A DNA stretch of 64,000 nucleotides from Dehalococcoidia bacterium (GCA_965116565.1 OZ220699.1:3790849-3854848); one strand, 5' to 3'. Positions 19,064-27,766 are shown, counted from the first letter of the stretch. Notes: generated from the letters alone by a model not told the origin. Made by a program: numbers and translations.

Positions 19064-19091
19064 GTAGGGGCGAATGATCATTCGCCTCTAC
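19064..19091. repeat. Palindrome GTAGGGGCGAATGATCATTCGCCTCTAC (REP/terminator-like)
   Basis: Immediately downstream of the hisA stop. Same family as 17666-17689. Confidence 0.8.
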
Positions 19092-19093
19092 AT

Positions 19094-19810
19094 TTACGAC
19101 ACCGCCGCCACCGCCTCGCCAATCGTAATATCCCCCGTGTACAGCGCGCGCCCGATGATGGCCGCCTCCGCGCCGGTGGGCACCAGCTTCGCCACGTGCT
19201 CCGCCGCGCCGACGCCGCCGGCTGACAGGACGGCCAAACCGCTGTCCCGAACCAGCGCCGCCGTCGCGTCGTAGTTCGGTTCCTCCAGCGTGCCGTCGCG
19301 CGATATGTCTGTGTAGAGTAATCGCACCACACCCAGGTCGGCCATGCGTCCGGCCAGTTCCGTCGCGGTGATCTCCGACGTCTCCGTCCACCCGCGGATC
19401 GCCACCAGGCCGTCCCGAGCATCCAGCGCGACCACCACGCGCTCGCTGCCGAACCGCCGGCACAACTCCTCCACCAGTTCGGGGTTGGACACGGCAGCGG
19501 TGCCCACCACCACGCGGGCCGCGCCGGCGTCGAACAGGCCGGCCGCCGTGTCCGCGCTGCGGATGCCGCCCCCAACCTGCACCGGTATGTTCAGCGCGCG
19601 CGTGATGGCGGTGATGGCGGCCAGGTTCGCCGGATTGCCCGTGTGCGCGCCGTCCAGGTCAACGATGTGCAACCGCTCACCGCCCTCAGCCTGCCAGCGC
19701 TCCGCCACTCCCAGCGGGTCGTCGGAGAACACCGTCTCCTGCTCGTAGTCGCCCTGGTACAGGCGGACGCAGTTGCCGCCCCGCAGGTCAATTGCCGGTA
19801 TGATTTCCAT
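19094..19810 (-). CDS. hisA: ProFAR isomerase HisA
   Basis: MEIIPAIDLRGGNCVRLYQGDY...HIVDLDGA...GGGIR... typical of HisA. Confidence 0.9.
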   Translation of the reverse strand: MEIIPAIDLRGGNCVRLYQGDYEQETVFSDDPLGVAERWQAEGGERLHIVDLDGAHTGNPANLAAITAITRALNIPVQVGGGIRSADTAAGLFDAGAARVVVGTAAVSNPELVEELCRRFGSERVVVALDARDGLVAIRGWTETSEITATELAGRMADLGVVRLLYTDISRDGTLEEPNYDATAALVRDSGLAVLSAGGVGAAEHVAKLVPTGAEAAIIGRALYTGDITIGEAVAAVS

Positions 19811-19814
19811 TAGC

Positions 19815-20201
19815 CTATCCCGATATCCCAGCCGTCAGCGGCCCAATCGTAACCGCGCCGTTGTCGATCACCTCGGCGGTGAGCAGGCTGCCCCACAGCA
19901 GCGCGGTCCCGATCAGCGGATCGCCTTCGGCCTCAAGTATCTCGACGGGTCGCCTTTCTCCCCGCCAGAGAACAATACCCTCATATGCAGTAACGGTGAT
20001 GACCAAGTCGTTTGCCAACCCCATGTCAACCGGTTCAGTGGCAGGAACCCCCAATTGTCGGATCAAATCGGATGGCAAAGCCAGGTAGCCATTGAAACCC
20101 GTATCGACTACGGCCTCGACACGGTGGACGTGTTCGTTCGTATCCAACAAACCAACAGGAACCCGAAGATCGCCCCGAACGCCTACGTGACCGGAAATCA
20201 A
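19815..20201 (-). CDS. Retropepsin-like clan AA aspartic protease (DTGF type), cassette copy 1
   Basis: AVVDTGFNGYLALP catalytic motif plus C-terminal IGTALLWGSLL. The TTG start overlaps the upstream stop (TTGA). Confidence 0.7.
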   Translation of the reverse strand: MISGHVGVRGDLRVPVGLLDTNEHVHRVEAVVDTGFNGYLALPSDLIRQLGVPATEPVDMGLANDLVITVTAYEGIVLWRGERRPVEILEAEGDPLIGTALLWGSLLTAEVIDNGAVTIGPLTAGISG

Positions 20202-20470
20202 GGCGCGTCGTACCTGATTCGGGGACCGTGGCTATGGTACGGCGCCGGAAAACCTATCCGCATCAGGTAGGTGACCGCGTCCGGCGATTTGGCCTTCAAC
20301 TTGTGCCGCGCCGTAATGACATCACGGTCAATGGCGTAATCCCCGGATGCAACGTCAATCACCAGGAACTTGCCCTTTTCCTGCGGCTCGACCAGCGGCT
20401 TGATCTTCTCGTTGTAGATCCTCCAGCCCAACTCGCGGGTCTTTTCAAAATCGGTTTCAGGCGTCGTCAT
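20198..20470 (-). CDS. Small partner protein, cassette copy 1
   Basis: MTTPETDFEKTRELGW...GKFLVIDVASGDYAI. GAGGTGA lies 7 nt upstream of the ATG at 20470. Translationally coupled to the protease. Confidence 0.65.
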   Translation of the reverse strand: MTTPETDFEKTRELGWRIYNEKIKPLVEPQEKGKFLVIDVASGDYAIDRDVITARHKLKAKSPDAVTYLMRIGFPAPYHSHGPRIRYDAP

Positions 20471-20524
20471 AGCAGATTCACCTCGCGCGTTCGCCAACCA
20501 TCCGCCGGTGCGATTTCCACTAGC

Positions 20525-20911
20525 CTATCCCGATATCCCAGCCGGCAGCGGCCCAATCGTAACCGCGCCATTGTCGATCACCTCGGCGGTGAGCAGGCTG
20601 CCCCACAGCAGGGCAGTGCCGATGAGCGGTGTGCCTTCGGCCTCTAAAATCCGGACCGGTCGCTGATCCCCACCCCAGAGCACAGTCCCCCGAAATGAGT
20701 TGAACCTGAAGGCCTCCTCGTTGACCACGAGCGCCTCAACCTGTCGATCCATCACCAGGCCGAGTTCGCGAATATGGTCAGACGGTAGGGTCAGATCTCC
20801 GGTGAATCCGGTGTCAACGATCCCTTCGAATCGGTGGACATGCCCATCGGTGTCCAACACCCGTATGGGCACGATCAGTTCTCCCTCCGGGGTTACGTTT
20901 CCACCTGTCAT
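20525..20911 (-). CDS. Retropepsin-like clan AA aspartic protease (DTGF type), cassette copy 2
   Basis: GIVDTGFTGDLTLP, and the same C-terminal 35 aa as copy 1. ATGA overlap with the upstream small gene. Confidence 0.75.
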   Translation of the reverse strand: MTGGNVTPEGELIVPIRVLDTDGHVHRFEGIVDTGFTGDLTLPSDHIRELGLVMDRQVEALVVNEEAFRFNSFRGTVLWGGDQRPVRILEAEGTPLIGTALLWGSLLTAEVIDNGAVTIGPLPAGISG

Positions 20912-21180
20912 GACTTGTCGTACCGAATCCTCATACTTGGCAAGCGAAACGGCGCCGGGTATCCGATCCGAATTGTGTAAACAACGCCATCGGGCCGACG
21001 AGCTTCCAACTCGTCCTCGGCCAGTATGAGGTCACGGTTGATCGCGTAGTCTCCCGTGGCAACGTCAATCACCAGGAATTTGCCCTTTTCCTGCGGCTCG
21101 ACCAGCGGCTTGATCCTCTCGTTGTAGATCCTCCAGCCCAACTCGCGGGTCTTTTCAAAATCGGTTTCAGGCGTCGTCAT
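20908..21180 (-). CDS. Small partner protein, cassette copy 2
   Basis: N-terminal ~50 aa nearly identical to copy 1; C-terminal ~40 aa divergent. Confidence 0.65.
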   Translation of the reverse strand: MTTPETDFEKTRELGWRIYNERIKPLVEPQEKGKFLVIDVATGDYAINRDLILAEDELEARRPDGVVYTIRIGYPAPFRLPSMRIRYDKS

Positions 21181-21234
21181 AGCAGATTCACCTCGCGCGT
21201 TCGCCAACCATCCGTCGGTGCGATTTCCATGCGC

Positions 21235-21642
21235 CTATCCCGATATCCCGGCCGTCAGCGACCCAATCGTAATCGCGCCGTTGTCGATCACCTCGGCGGT
21301 GAGCAGACTGCCCCACAGCAGCGCGGTCCCGATGAGGGGTGTATTTTCGGCTTCGAGAACCCGAATCGGCCTTCGTTCTCCCCTCCAAATTGCTATCGCG
21401 AAGTATGAATTGACCTCAAAAGTTCTGCCAGTGGCCACCACCATGTCTATGCGTTGAGAGAATCGCAACCCCATGGCTCTGATCTGCTCAGGCGACAGCG
21501 ACAGATACCCTTCAAACCCCGTATCCACCACGGCCTCGGATCGGTGGACGTGCTCGTTGGCATCCAACAATCTGACCGGCACCACCAGTTCGCGATGCGA
21601 ATTGACATGCCCTTCAATCATGACTACGTTCCCGTGTCCCAC
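21235..21642 (-). CDS. Retropepsin-like clan AA aspartic protease (DTGF type), cassette copy 3
   Basis: AVVDTGFEGYLSLS with the conserved C-terminus. The start may instead be MIEGHV at 21621. Confidence 0.7.
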   Translation of the reverse strand: MGHGNVVMIEGHVNSHRELVVPVRLLDANEHVHRSEAVVDTGFEGYLSLSPEQIRAMGLRFSQRIDMVVATGRTFEVNSYFAIAIWRGERRPIRVLEAENTPLIGTALLWGSLLTAEVIDNGAITIGSLTAGISG

Positions 21643-21905
21643 AAAATCCGAGGAGTAAGCAAACGGAATACTGCCGGATGTCCGATCCTGACGGTATGGA
21701 TGACGGCATCGGGATAGCGGTCCAGCAGATCCTGGGTCGCGTATCCCAGGTCGCTGCCAATAACATAGTCTCCCGTCTTGATGTCCAGCACCAGGAACTT
21801 GCCCTTCTCCCGCGGATCCACCAGGGGCTTGATCTTCGTCTCGTAGATCTCTTTACCCTTGGCGTAGTTCTTCCTGGCTTCGTCGTCCATGGTCGGGCTC
21901 GACAT
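21624..21905 (-). CDS. Small partner protein, cassette copy 3 (divergent)
   Basis: MSSPTMDDEARKNY...GKFLVLDIKTGDYVI...VRIGHPA. GAGGAGG upstream. Confidence 0.65.
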   Translation of the reverse strand: MSSPTMDDEARKNYAKGKEIYETKIKPLVDPREKGKFLVLDIKTGDYVIGSDLGYATQDLLDRYPDAVIHTVRIGHPAVFRLLTPRILWDTGT

Positions 21906-21926
21906 ACTGTATCCTCCTCGGCCCCA

Positions 21927-22559
21927 TCAGCGACCCTCGGCAACCTGCCGCACGAAGTTGGCGTAGATGCGCAGACCCGTCTCCCCGCTCTTCTCCGGGT
22001 GGAACTGCGTCGCCACCACGTTGTCCCGCGCGTAGATGCTGCAGAAGGGCACGCCGTACTCGGTTAGGCCGGCCACGTCGGCCCGCCCGTCGGGGTCGGC
22101 GTAGTAGCTGTGCACGAAGTAGAAGTGGCTGTCCTGCGCGATGCCGTCCCACAGCGGATGCTCGCGCTGGAACCGCACCGTGTTCCAGCCCATGTGCGGC
22201 ACCTTCAACCCGTCGGGCAGTCGCCTTACCCGCCCGGGCACCAGCCCCAGGCAATCGGCGTCGCCCTCGTCGGTGGCGTCCAGCAGGAGTTGCAACCCGA
22301 GGCAAACGCCGAGGAACGGCCGGCCGCCGGCGATATAGTCCAGCAAAGGCCCGACGAGACCGCGAGATTGCAGCGCGCTCATCGCTGCCGGCCCGGACCC
22401 CACGCCCGGCAGAATCACGCCGTCGGCTGTGTCCAGCGCGGCGGGGTCGGAGGTTACGTTGGGGGTTACGCCGGCCCTCTCCACAGCGCGGGCGACGCTG
22501 CGCAGGTTGCCCGATTCATAGTCGATGATGACAATGCCGAGGTTGGAAGACGCCGCCAT
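21927..22559 (-). CDS. hisH: Imidazole glycerol phosphate synthase, glutamine amidotransferase subunit HisH
   Basis: IVIIDYESGNLRSV..., GVCLGLQ (catalytic Cys), FHPEKS. Confidence 0.9.
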   Translation of the reverse strand: MAASSNLGIVIIDYESGNLRSVARAVERAGVTPNVTSDPAALDTADGVILPGVGSGPAAMSALQSRGLVGPLLDYIAGGRPFLGVCLGLQLLLDATDEGDADCLGLVPGRVRRLPDGLKVPHMGWNTVRFQREHPLWDGIAQDSHFYFVHSYYADPDGRADVAGLTEYGVPFCSIYARDNVVATQFHPEKSGETGLRIYANFVRQVAEGR

Positions 22560-22566
22560 CTCGCCG

Positions 22567-23157
22567 TCAGACCCGGTCGCCGGTGGCCCGCTCGATGGGA
22601 ATGTCCCGGTCGTGGTAGCGGGCCAGCACGAACAGCAAATCGCCCAGACGATTCAGGTAGGCCAGGATCAGCGGATTGGTCAGGCCGCCGGCTTCCGACA
22701 GGGAGACGACGCGACGCTCCGCCGTGCGGATCACGGTGCGGGCCGAGTCCATCGCCGACGATGACGGAGTGCCGCCGGGCAGGATGAACACCTGCGGCAT
22801 CTGGAAGTGGGTTTCCAGCTCGTCGATGGTCTCTTCCAGGTTGTCCACCATCTCCTCGGTAACCGGCTTGAAGTGCTGGTGGAACAGGTCGTATTTCTCG
22901 GGGTCGGTCGCCAGCTCGGCGGCCACGGTGAACAACTCCCGCTGCAGGTCGCGCAGGATGTTCTTCACCTTTTCGTCGTCGGTGAGGGCGCGGGCCAGGC
23001 CCATCAGGCTGACCGCTTCGTCCGTGATGCCATACGCCTCGGTGTGCGGGCTGGCTTTGGATACGCGTCCCCCATACAGCAGGCTGGTTTCGCCCTTGTC
23101 CCCGTACTTGGTGTAGACCCGCTTGCGGCGCGATTCTGATGATGAAGACGTGCTCAT
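22567..23157 (-). CDS. PduO-type ATP:cob(I)alamin adenosyltransferase
   Basis: VYTKYGDKGETSLLYGGRVSK...TEAYGITDE... typical N-terminal motif. Confidence 0.85.
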   Translation of the reverse strand: MSTSSSSESRRKRVYTKYGDKGETSLLYGGRVSKASPHTEAYGITDEAVSLMGLARALTDDEKVKNILRDLQRELFTVAAELATDPEKYDLFHQHFKPVTEEMVDNLEETIDELETHFQMPQVFILPGGTPSSSAMDSARTVIRTAERRVVSLSEAGGLTNPLILAYLNRLGDLLFVLARYHDRDIPIERATGDRV

Positions 23158-24019
23158 GGCAATACACTCCCAACCCGGATGGCTACGTTGGACAATTCTA
23201 GCACTCCCACATTACCGTCGCCACGCGCTCCCAAGACTCGTAACCGCTCAGGTTTGCGGTGACTGACCAGCGCCAAAACCGTCATACCGGCCTTGAGCCG
23301 GTATCCGGAAAATCCCTCCCACGCTCACGTTCCCGTATCCGCATACTCTGCGGGGTTCCACCGGCCCGCCGGTCAAGCCTCATAACAGGGAAACCCGCCG
23401 ACCCAGAAACCCGATCCTGTCCATCCTGTCGCGGGTCCGCCTCTGGTGGATAAATCTCTATGAAAAATTGATTCCGCAGTGTGACACCACGTCGTTGCCC
23501 CACTACGCACCCACGTTCTATCCTACATATGTCAGGTTCCCCGCAACGTACTCGAGAACCGCGCGGGGTCGCCGCATCGCATGCAGCGGCAGCCACCAAA
23601 CTACGGAAACATGGCGAGGTGTCAAAAGGTTCGGGTCGCATAACGGCCTGTCGGTTACCAAAAGCAGAATACGGTTCCTCTGGAGCCTAGAGTCGCTCTA
23701 TTACCCGACCAAGCTCCCGGAACCCAGCGGGTGTCACCACCGCCCCGTGCCGCAAAGCTACGGCTCGTTGAGTCGGAGAACTGCGGGACACGGAAACCTA
23801 GGACGATATCTTTCTGCGCAAGCAAAAAACAGTGTTGGCCGTGCTCCGACACGCAACCCGAACCATCAACCTGACGCCCAAGGATCCCATCCCAACCAAT
23901 CGGAGGTGAACAACATCAGATAACCCAGGCCGACGCGACGACCAACCACCGCTCCGGTACGTACGAACCCGGTAATTATGAACCCGGTACTTGCGAACCC
24001 GGTCCAATCCATCAACGAT

Positions 24020-24077
24020 CCCTCTCCCGGCTTGGCCTTACGCCGGGTGTGCCCCGGCTCAACCGTGCGGGAGAGGG
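24020..24077. repeat. Nested GC-rich hairpin (REP-like), about 195 nt upstream of the L25 gene
   Basis: CCCTCTCCCG (24020-29) pairs with CGGGAGAGGG (24068-77). There is an inner GCCGG...CCGGC stem. Confidence 0.6.
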
Positions 24078-24272
24078 CGTCGGCGCCCCTGCCGCCGTGG
24101 CCGCCATCACGCAGTCATGGTCGACCGCCCAATCCGGCCTGCGCTACCGGCCGTCTGGGCTTGCGCGCCGCTGCCGGCACGCTGCCTCAATTCGGTATGT
24201 GCTATGATATGCGCTCACTGTCCGGGCCATTGCAGCCCGCCATGCCATACGTATCCAGGAGTCCCTGAAACA

Positions 24273-24581
24273 ATGACCACCCAGGCGGTTTCCCTCGAAC
24301 TTGAACCCCGGGAGATGTTGGGCAAGAAGGTGAAAGCCCTCCGTCGCACCGGCATCGTGCCCGTCCATCTATACGGGCGAGGCCTTGAGTCTCGTTCCTT
24401 GCAGTGTGAGGTCCGCACCTTGCTCCGCGCCATCAGCCGCGCCGGCGGCGAGGACGGCCAGCCCATGAACCTCGCCATCGCAGGAGAATCCGGCACATTC
24501 ACCGCCGAAGCGTCCGAAATACAGTGGGACCCCCGTACCGGCGACGTGCTGCACGTGGACTTCCGCACCGTCTCGTCCTGA
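24273..24581 (+). CDS. rplY: Ribosomal protein bL25 (short form)
   Basis: Internal ATG of the 196-aa ORF gives MTTQAVSLELEPREMLGKKVKALRRTGIVPVHLYGRG..., the L25 N-terminal signature. Confidence 0.8.
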   Translation: MTTQAVSLELEPREMLGKKVKALRRTGIVPVHLYGRGLESRSLQCEVRTLLRAISRAGGEDGQPMNLAIAGESGTFTAEASEIQWDPRTGDVLHVDFRTVSS

Positions 24582-24666
24582 CAACACGGAACTGACCATT
24601 GGGGGCGGGCGCTGAACCCGCCCCTGACCCTTTACCGCATCCTGTCGCCGCCCCGGGAGGCTTCCC

Positions 24667-25437
24667 ATGTACATGGTTTTCCTCAGTGAGTCCGGTCTTA
24701 CCGGCACCAGCGCCAACGATCCCAACCAGCCCCACCATATCCATGCGGGCCTGATGGTACAGGAAAGCCAGTACATTTCCATGTGCGGCGAGTATGACGC
24801 CCTGGTCCGCCGACACTTCGGAGGCCCTCCGGGTTCGGACGGCACTCCCGCCGGATTGAACCCCCGGCACATGTACCAGGGCACCGGACCGTTCCGCTCC
24901 TGGCGGCCTGAGCGACGGGCCGAACTGATCCAGGACTGCCTGAGCATCCTTGTCCGGCGCGAAACTCCCGTGCTCGTTTCCTACATCAACAAGGAGGAGT
25001 ACGTCGCCGCCACCACCACCGAGGGCAATGCTCTCTACGGGCATACTGATCCCTCCCGCCTCGCGTTCAGCCGTTTCCTGCTGGCCCTCACCATGTTCCT
25101 CGACGAGAACGTGATGTCGCAGATGAATCCCGATGACATCATGCAGTCGGTCTGGGACGTGAACGACTACGCGATGTTGATCGCCGGTTCGGAGTCCGGA
25201 TCCATTGCCTCAGCGATGGCCGAGTTCCTGGGCGAGGAATCCGACACCGTATCGCCGTCCATGTACGACGACCTGATGATCGCGCCGCCCGAAACCTCCA
25301 TCGGCTCCCAGTTGGTCAACCTCTGCGCCTACATCATCCGTCGCTGGCTGCAGCAGCCCGGCGTGGCCCACGGATACTTTGACGCCCTGCGCGACGGCCG
25401 CGTCATCCAGGTCATATACCCCTACCAGTTCGACTAA
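24667..25437 (+). CDS. DUF3800-like protein
   Basis: N-terminal MYMVFLSESG (hhhDESG-type start) and overall length fit DUF3800. Family call is from memory. Confidence 0.6.
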   Translation: MYMVFLSESGLTGTSANDPNQPHHIHAGLMVQESQYISMCGEYDALVRRHFGGPPGSDGTPAGLNPRHMYQGTGPFRSWRPERRAELIQDCLSILVRRETPVLVSYINKEEYVAATTTEGNALYGHTDPSRLAFSRFLLALTMFLDENVMSQMNPDDIMQSVWDVNDYAMLIAGSESGSIASAMAEFLGEESDTVSPSMYDDLMIAPPETSIGSQLVNLCAYIIRRWLQQPGVAHGYFDALRDGRVIQVIYPYQFD

Positions 25438-25558
25438 TCCTCTGCCACAGCCCTCTGCCAAAAACCAAAATCCGGTTGAACGGATTATCCGTATATCCAT
25501 TTGACGGCAATTTTGGTGCGCGTCAAGCTCGTGAAAACCGCTTGGCGGGAGGTAGGGC

Positions 25559-25717
25559 ATGACTCCGAAAGTGAAGGCGAAAGTTCCACTGTCCAGAATC
25601 CTCACGCCGGAAGAAATAAAGGACAGGGAACGGAAGGATCGAGAACTGTACGACGCAGCCATGGATCTCAAGCGGATTATGGAGCAGCAAGGATTGCCTG
25701 TGGACGAGAACATCTAG
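25559..25717 (+). CDS. Possible small ORF (52 aa), unknown function
   Basis: ATG preceded by GGGAGG. Reads MTPKVKAKVPLSRILTPEEIKDRERKDRELYDAAMDLKRIMEQQGLPVDENI. Below the ORF-track size cutoff. Confidence 0.3.
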   Translation: MTPKVKAKVPLSRILTPEEIKDRERKDRELYDAAMDLKRIMEQQGLPVDENI

Positions 25718-26131
25718 GCGCTGTCCGCGATAGAAGCGTTGATCCGGTGCCAGCGGCTCTGCGAATCTGCGCTTGTCAGACATTCGGCAGAGTTGCTGGC
25801 TTTTGACGACTTGAACGGGACCCGTTCGTCGCCTCAGTTTCGCCGAGATTTATTGGTTGCGGTCCAAAACGGAGAATGCTTGATTCCTCTAGTGGTTTGA
25901 ACGTTTTTATTGAACGGTTCTGGGATCATGACCCCCTGATTCGTCGGGGTTTCGGCGACCTGCAATCAATGCTGAAGCCAACTTTGATCATATTAGCCAA
26001 CGCCCAAATGCACGGCCTCGATGTTGCTGAATGACCTCGAGGCAGTATCAGCGCCAACGCGGAGTGATCAGGAAAGAGTTTCCGGCTCTGACACAATTAC
26101 CGTGTGTTGCAATTCTCCCGAAGTGGGCCCC

Positions 26132-27706
26132 GTGAAATTGGATTCAACGCGCCACATAATTTCGTTGCTCAAGACTGTCTGCATCGTCGCGGCGCTCGCT
26201 TTGTTGGTGTTGTCGTGTGGACAACCGGGACAGAGTGGCGAATCAACCGCCGCCCTCACCCAACCGCCCCCGGCCACCGACGCCCCTCCAACGTCGGAAG
26301 CCGCCGCCGACCCGACCGACACGCCGGCAGAGTCGCCCTACCGCTCGGTGCCGAGCGGCGGAACCTACGACCCCAACCGGACCATGTACCGGATCTGGGA
26401 CGGGCTGGGCCACGACCGCAGCGAGTCGCTGGCGGGCCTGGAGGACGCCGTCTTCTACGACGACAAGTCTCAGGCCTACGTCATCCTGGAGGCTCTGAAG
26501 TTTTTCAACCTGGACGTCGCCAGGAGCGCTTTGGACACGCTTACCGAGCTTACCGGCGAGGATTTCGACTTCGACCGGCGGCTGTGGAGAGAGTTTACCG
26601 GAGCGCGGGAGGAGGAGTACGCGCCGCCGTCGGATTACGGTCGGTGGAAGGTGAACGCGCTGGCGGTGATCGACACCGAGATGGCAGCCATGCTTGAGCC
26701 CGGCATCGAGCGCTCCCGCGTGAATCTCACCGAGGTGGTCTGGGGCGGTGTCCGAGTGGACGGTATCCCTCCATTGGAGCACGCGCCGTACGTCCTGCCC
26801 GAAGATGCCACGTACCTGTTGCCCGACGACCGGGTGTTTGGCGTATCCATCAACGGCGAGCACCGCGCTTACCCATTGCGCGTGATGAACGCCCACGAAC
26901 TCGCCAACGACACGCTGGGCGGCGAACCCATCTCGCTGGTGTATTGAACTCTCTGCGGCACCGGAATCGTGTATTCCGGCATCGTCAACGGCGAACCCAC
27001 CACCTTCGGCACCTCCGGCCTGCTCTACCGCAGCAACAAGGTGATGTACGACCGGGCCACCCGCTCCCTCTGGAACCAGTTCATCGGCGAACCGGTCATC
27101 GGACCGCTGGCCGACTCGGGTATCCGCCAGCCCTTCTTCCCGTCCGTGGTAACCACCTGGGGAGAATGGTGGGACGAGCACCCCGACACCACGGTGCTGG
27201 CCCAGGACACCGGCATCTATCCCGCCTCCTTCTACGTGCCCGAGGACAATCCCCAGGCCATCTATTTCAGCTATTTCACGGCTGAGGAGGTGATGTTCCC
27301 GGTGTGGCTGCGGGACGAGACTTTCCAGCCCAAACAGGTCGTCGTCGGCCTCTCCGTGGGCGACTCGGCCAAGGCCTACTCGGTGGGCGACCTGCAGAAT
27401 GAGCGCCTGGTCAACGACACAGTGGGCGGGCTGAACGTGGTGGTGGTGGCGTCGCCGGAGTCCCGCGCCGGCCGCATCTACGAGCGCGGCGATTTATCAT
27501 TCGCGCCGGCAGGGGACGACAATCCGGACCTTGCCCCGGCCGTGCTGGTTGATGACACCGGCGCGCGGTGGACGGTCACCGAGACGGGGTTGGTCAGCGA
27601 AGCTGACTCCTCGAATATGCTGACGCGCATCCCCAGCATCACGTCGTTCTGGTTCGGCTGGTTCCAGTACCACCCCGACACGGAGATCTATTCACCGTCC
27701 CAGTAG
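26132..27706 (+). CDS. DUF3179-family lipoprotein with an in-frame TGA (26945-26947) at the first Cys of the CxxC motif; candidate selenoprotein or pseudogene
   Basis: ORFs 26021..26947 and 26969..27706 are in the same frame: ...GGEPISLVY-TGA-TLCGTGIVYSG...FGTSGLLYRSNKVMYDRATRSLWNQ. Lipobox LLVLSCG is near the N-terminus. The start (GTG 26123 or 26132) is uncertain. Confidence 0.6.
26961..26979 (+). promoter_or_regulatory. Hairpin 13 nt downstream of the in-frame TGA (candidate bacterial SECIS)
   Basis: CCGGAAT-CGTGT-ATTCCGG, a perfect 7-bp stem and 5-nt loop with G at loop position 2. Confidence 0.35.
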
Positions 27707-27740
27707 TCCGCTTGCCTCGCATTTCGACCTTATTCTCGTA

Positions 27741-27766
27741 GGCGGGTGGGTGAAAACCCATCCGCC
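27741..27766 (+). terminator. Hairpin after the DUF3179 gene (putative terminator)
   Basis: GGCGGGTGGGT-GAAA-ACCCATCCGCC followed by a GTAGTATTTTGTTG tail. Confidence 0.5.

Larger units (their letters stand above)
19811..21926 (-). repeat. Three head-to-tail ~710-bp units, each a two-gene cassette (small protein + retropepsin-like protease)
   Basis: Landmark CTATCCCGATATCCC occurs at 19813, 20523 and 21233 (exact 710-bp register). Blocks 20350-20620 and 21060-21330 are near identical; the unit cores are diverged. Confidence 0.85.

Noticed and set aside
23158-23460. Possible cobalamin riboswitch upstream of the PduO-type adenosyltransferase (minus strand).
   Set aside because: I found only loose resemblance (GGTGGAACCCCGCAGAGTA). 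There is no B12 box (GCCACTG-like) and no AGGGAA...CCCGC core. Only a covariance-model scan could overturn this.
25877-26044. 55-aa ORF containing NVFIERFW, reminiscent of the C-terminal motif of rve-type transposases.
   Set aside because: The match is too short, with no DDE region or inverted repeats nearby. Not reportable without a database alignment.
26945-26947. Global reassignment of TGA (code 4 or 25) as the explanation for the in-frame TGAs here and at 48580-48582.
   Set aside because: Many well-supported genes in the window terminate at TGA at the expected length (L25, the ParE antitoxin, RecQ-PRTase, phd, vapC, Dcm). The two TGAs also align to different residues (Cys and Trp).
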